The notes below the pieces were generated by a model, which saw only the letters and a program-made list of their open reading frames with translations, was not told the origin of the DNA and did no database searches. DNA of 64,000 bases from NCBI RefSeq assembly GCF_009914755.1, contig NC_060929.1; one strand, given 5' to 3'. This document shows positions 59,316 through 64,000 of the stretch, piece after piece. Numbering within the stretch: position 1 is the first letter of the stretch; each line of letters begins with the position of its first letter. The stretch is from the human T2T-CHM13v2.0 reference genome, Homo sapiens. The translations under genes and the position numbers were made by a program.

Positions 59316-60777
59316 AGTGATGAGGTAGAAGAATATAATCAAAATCACTCTCTCCTATTGGCTTATTGTTCACTATCTTCAATTTTTTTCTTCTGTTATT
59401 GGTGCTTTCGACAATTCAAATGTGACTAAAATGCAACAACATAATACCTTTGATACTACTTATTTATCTTCTATTTGCATGCTATAGTGAGCTATGAGAT
59501 GGTTTAGAAAATTGAAGTTCTACTCTCTCCATCCTTTAGTTTTTGAAAAACACAGAAACAGAGGTTAACTTAAATTTTAAGTAAATTATATTAAACAAAC
59601 AGCAGTCAATGATCTAAATAACTAATTGTCTGTATTACATGTGTTTAGCCCCTGAAAACAGAAAGCAGACGGATCATTAAGGCAAAGGACATAATACAAT
59701 AACGTATTTGTTGTCTTAATCCCCTCTTATCATACTGATTAACTCATTTTTGCTCTGATGTTCTTCCAGAAATAAGATAAATATTACTCTCTAAATGCCC
59801 TCACAGTGCTGAGCTGCATGCATTTCCCTGCTTTTCCTCTATGCCAGCTTTTCTTTGATGCTGAAGTTTCAGAACATTTTGTGCATCTAGGCATATTAGG
59901 TATAAAAGCTTTTAATCACACTAATTCCTCTAACTGTTCCTAATCTATATCTAAGTCTCTCATCTGTTTCTATTCTGACACAGCTGCTGCTGGACCTAAA
60001 AAAAAATGTTTCTTACATACTGCTTTAACTGAGCTGAACTCAGAATTTAACTAACATAGATCATTGTTTCTTCCTTTCTATGATATTTCCCCCTTGACCA
60101 TAGTGACTACTCACTTATCTATGATGAAGGTTGATTTTTAGATTCTCTCCCCACAATAGACTTCATTAGGCTACTTTAAGTTTCAGTTGGCAAACATTTG
60201 GGAAAAAACGGACATATGCTTACTGCCTTCCGATAGATATTTGTTCTTTTTTTTTTTTGTCTATTTAAAATTTCTCTCTCCATTGTGGAGATTTAAAATA
60301 ATTTTTGGGACTCGAGGAATCTTCTTAAACTCTATTTTTTTGTTTGTCTTTGTGTCATTTCATTACTCAAAATACTTCCCTCAGATTCTATTTCTGTCTA
60401 TTCTGAATGACTTCCCTTCTTTTCTTCATAAGGGTGGTACTCATTCTTCCTTCTATCTTTTACTATCAAGACATTTTAAAAATATCTTGCTATTTACCCA
60501 TTGTAAGCGCCCACAGTAAGAAATCATTTATTATTATTTAATAAATGTAGTTTAATTTTGCACTGTGAAAAAATGTGAATTCCAGAGATTACATTAAAAG
60601 CAAACAAAATACATATTTGCATAGCTTAAGTCTCCCAAAAGGAAAGGTAATTGGTAGTGAAGAGTAAAATGGTGATGTATGGGAATATAATAAATGTAGG
60701 GGGCAAATTAAAATTTTAAATAAAATTATTTATTAAAGGATAATGGTCTTCTGGAAGAATAAGGAGGATATTACTTT

Positions 60778-60829
60778 TTTTTTTTTTTTTTTTTTTTAGA
60801 CGGAGTCTCGCTCTGTTGCCAGGTTGGAG
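60778..60829 (-). mobile_element. Extremely 5'-truncated Alu (32-bp body plus tail)
   Basis: T-run + agacggagtctcgctctgttgccaggttggag; 16-bp TSD aggagga(t/c)attacttt. Confidence 0.93.
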
Positions 60830-61339
60830 AGGAGGACATTACTTTCTCTGAGACAAAAAAGAACATACTTGACACACCTGATAAATGATACAGAATAACA
60901 ATTTTTTAAAAAAGTTTCTTCAATGATTTAAAACACATTTACACTCAATTGATTCAGTGTATAAACATTATTGTGTGACTGTGGTGGATCAGTCACTATA
61001 ATAAATAACTGTTATACTAGACAAAAAATTTTATCTTTAAGAATTATCAAAGTACATAAAAAGTCTAGAATATTTTAATAAAGAGATTATATACATTGAT
61101 AATCTAATTCTCAATTTGAAGACTGTGGTAATCTTTAAGTAATGTAATGGATGCTGATAATCTAGTGGTTAAATTGTATAGTATATTTATTTGTTTGAAA
61201 TGTATTTCTCTCTTCACAGATTATTTTAAATGTAAACCTTCATATTAACAACACCCTGTAAAATTATATGGACCCATTTCAGATAATAAAAAAGTGTAAT
61301 TGTGCTCTCAAAATAGACACTTTTAATGATGATGACAAC

Positions 61340-61560
61340 ATTGAGAATTTTAATATAAGGTATTATTTATTGACTGTTTAATTAGAACTGTGCTATATTT
61401 TATATATGGCTTATTTTATTTAATCTGCATTACGGCCCTATAAAAATGACGTTAATTTAATTAGAAAAAAGAAAAGGAGTTAGGGAGATCAAATAACTTG
61501 CGGAGAATAGCCAAGAAATTGTAAGTAGTGAAGTCTTTATGTTTTGTAGTCTAGCACTGA
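61340..61560 (-). mobile_element. MIR fragment
   Basis: atttattgactgttta...ctgtgcta...aaataacttgc. Confidence 0.45.
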
Positions 61561-63737
61561 CTGACTTTAAACCCTAGCTTTTATTCTTTTTTGCAAATGC
61601 CTTCCTTTTATTTTTATTTTATTATTTTACTTGATAACTATTTTTGACATGAGTATTGGCTATTTTGGCTCAAGCCCATACTAGTACTTTTATTGGAATT
61701 GAGATTGTTTAAAATGAGAGAGCAGAAAATGTTCGTTCAGAGTAATCTGTGGAATCAGACTTATCTCACTTCATCCCCAAGAGTTTAATTCGTACAACAA
61801 CCCAGAGGAGTCATAAGAAAGCCTTATTAAAACCAAGTAAGTAGATTTAAATCATAATTAACTTGCCTAAGATTACATTACTTGTAAACGGCAGACTAGA
61901 AATTTAAATAGATGGAACACTCACTCCAAAGACTGTGTTGTAAAACTCTATGATATGCCCTCTTTTAAAAGAATCCCTATTATTTTAGAGAAAAACTTGG
62001 TTAATCAGAATAGAAGTACCTTAAATTACATTAAACTGTATTTGCTTTAAGAATGCAACAGGCAAGAAGGAAGTGACTATAAAATGATTGATTTGGATAT
62101 AAATACAATAAATATGCTCTATGTCTTTGAAGTATTGCGTTTTTAATGCATCATACACCTTTAGATTTCTGAACTAGAGATATTGCACCATGAATTTAAT
62201 GTAGCACTTTTGAATTACTAAAATACATTGATATATTTATTTAATTACTCCTGGAAAATAGCAGACTTTACAGTTATTAAAAAATAGACCTAGAAACCAC
62301 AAGATAATTAATGATAAGATAGATCAATAAATTATGTTTAGAAATATAGAGACTTTATAATTACATGTTAGGGGCATTATCAGATTAAACTTAACTGTTG
62401 CATTTCTGGATCTTGAATAAAGTGTAAAAATTAAAGGGGATTTAGAAGGGAAGTATATTTATTTAGGAAAAAAGAAAGACAAAAACTAGGTTATCAAAAA
62501 TAAGTTAGCCAGATTTTCATGAGAGTAAGAGAAACACTGAGAGAAAGGAGATGTGAGAGAAAATGAAAGAGACTATAGAAATTGAGACAAATTTAGGTGA
62601 ACTCTGATGGCAATGTGCAATGTTTTATATTCTTATAAATGGCACAACGATGGTACCACAAGTACCAATACAAAGTTTTGGTGAGTACTTTTGGTGAGAT
62701 TGCATCTACCTCACTCAAAATTGGAACAATACTCAAACTGAAGCAATTATCTTGTAATGAAGAAAAATATAAATATGGAAGAACTTGATAAGAAGTTTGG
62801 ACCACAAAGAGTAAGGTCAAAAAGTAGAATATTTTAATTATCATTTTTTAAAGTTTGTCTTGAATCATTGACCTTGAGAATTCTGGTAACCAATTACCCA
62901 CCACTTCTTCCACTAACTCTGGTCATGTCAGTGTGGGTGATATAGCTTGTCATTGCATTTTTGAATTGTCTCACTTAATCTGGTCACCAACATAGTAGCA
63001 GAAAAGTCCAAGGTCTTCTGGGGAAAGTCCAGAGCCTTTTCATCTACTTCCAATTGCAAGTTGTTCTGATATTAATACGGTCAGGTTTTCTGTTGCCTAA
63101 AGTTCTCGCTATTGTTAGCATTAATAAGATTATTTAAATGAGTACAAATGTGTGGGTCTCAAGTAATGTGTTCTCACCACTACAAAAATAAATAAATACA
63201 TAAAAATAAAGACTCAACATAAATTTAATTCAATGAAACAGAAAGTTAGATTAATCAGGGGTTCTCATTTTGCTACATTTAAGTTGACTTTTTCCACTGA
63301 CCTTTTCCATCCTTCTTTTCTTCTTTTTAAAATTGTTTTACTAAATTTTGAATTTTTATGATAAAATACTTTAAGATAATAAATTCTGTTTTATGCTATT
63401 TAATACTTAGTAAGCAAACAGTATCCCTACTAAATAACTATTTATATAGAATCTTTATAGAAGTTTATCATTTAGAAAAACAGCAACATATTATCTTAAC
63501 TGACTTTAATGCTCATGTTTTCCCACATGGAACGTCAGTGTTACATTTTTTGAAAGCCCTGTGCAGACATATGTTTCGATTTAATGATGCATCACATTAA
63601 ATAACCTTTTTTGGGGGGAGGAACATAATAGTTATCATTAAGTTTTTATAAAATTTTACTGTAAAAAAGCCATAAATATTCTTTGAATAACATGAGAACA
63701 AACAAGATCTATCAAAAAAATTTAAAAATATACTATA

Positions 63738-64000
63738 AGGGGAGTGACATAATTAAGATGGTGAAATAGAAGACAGCCTGCTCATTTTCCCCCAAAACAG
63801 CAACAATTCTGCACTCATCAATAGTTAAAAATCTTTCTTCAGGAGCTTCAGGATTCAGGTAGGAGTTTGTGAACTCCAGCAGAACACAAGACCTTGGAGG
63901 GTTGTTTTGAGGGCAAACTGACACCCAGGTGGCTGATCCACCAAGGTCGCTCCTGGATTCAAGCATGGAAATGGCCTAGCCTTTCAAGGGGCTTGGGTAC
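63738..64000 (+). mobile_element. 5'UTR start of an old L1M, runs off window end
   Basis: gggggagtgacataattaagatggtgaaatagaag follows an A/T-rich target and resembles L1M 5' ends. Confidence 0.65.

Overview
AT-rich primate (human-like) genomic DNA with no recognisable protein-coding gene, RNA gene or CRISPR array. Much of the window is transposable-element sequence: a near full-length decayed L1PB-type LINE (~9850-18030) carrying a solo LTR12C (ERV9) in its 5'UTR and a THE1 remnant in ORF2; an older L1PA with a nested young L1PA3-like copy; about a dozen Alus or Alu fragments; MaLR/ERVL/ERV1 LTRs; hAT, Tigger and piggyBac MITEs; MIR/L2 relics; and simple repeats. The recognisable ORFs in the track fall in these repeats, and the rest are short chance frames. 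I find no evidence of a new multi-gene system. The most unusual signals are rearrangement scars: a ~190-bp copy of nearby flanking DNA inserted into an L1 ORF2, a 35-bp inverted duplication with a patchwork spacer, a THE1 provirus apparently collapsed by internal deletion, a 32-bp Alu with TSDs, and a ~1.1-kb AT-rich quasi-palindrome. Family and subfamily names come from recalled consensus sequences, not from a search, and boundaries without TSD support are approximate.
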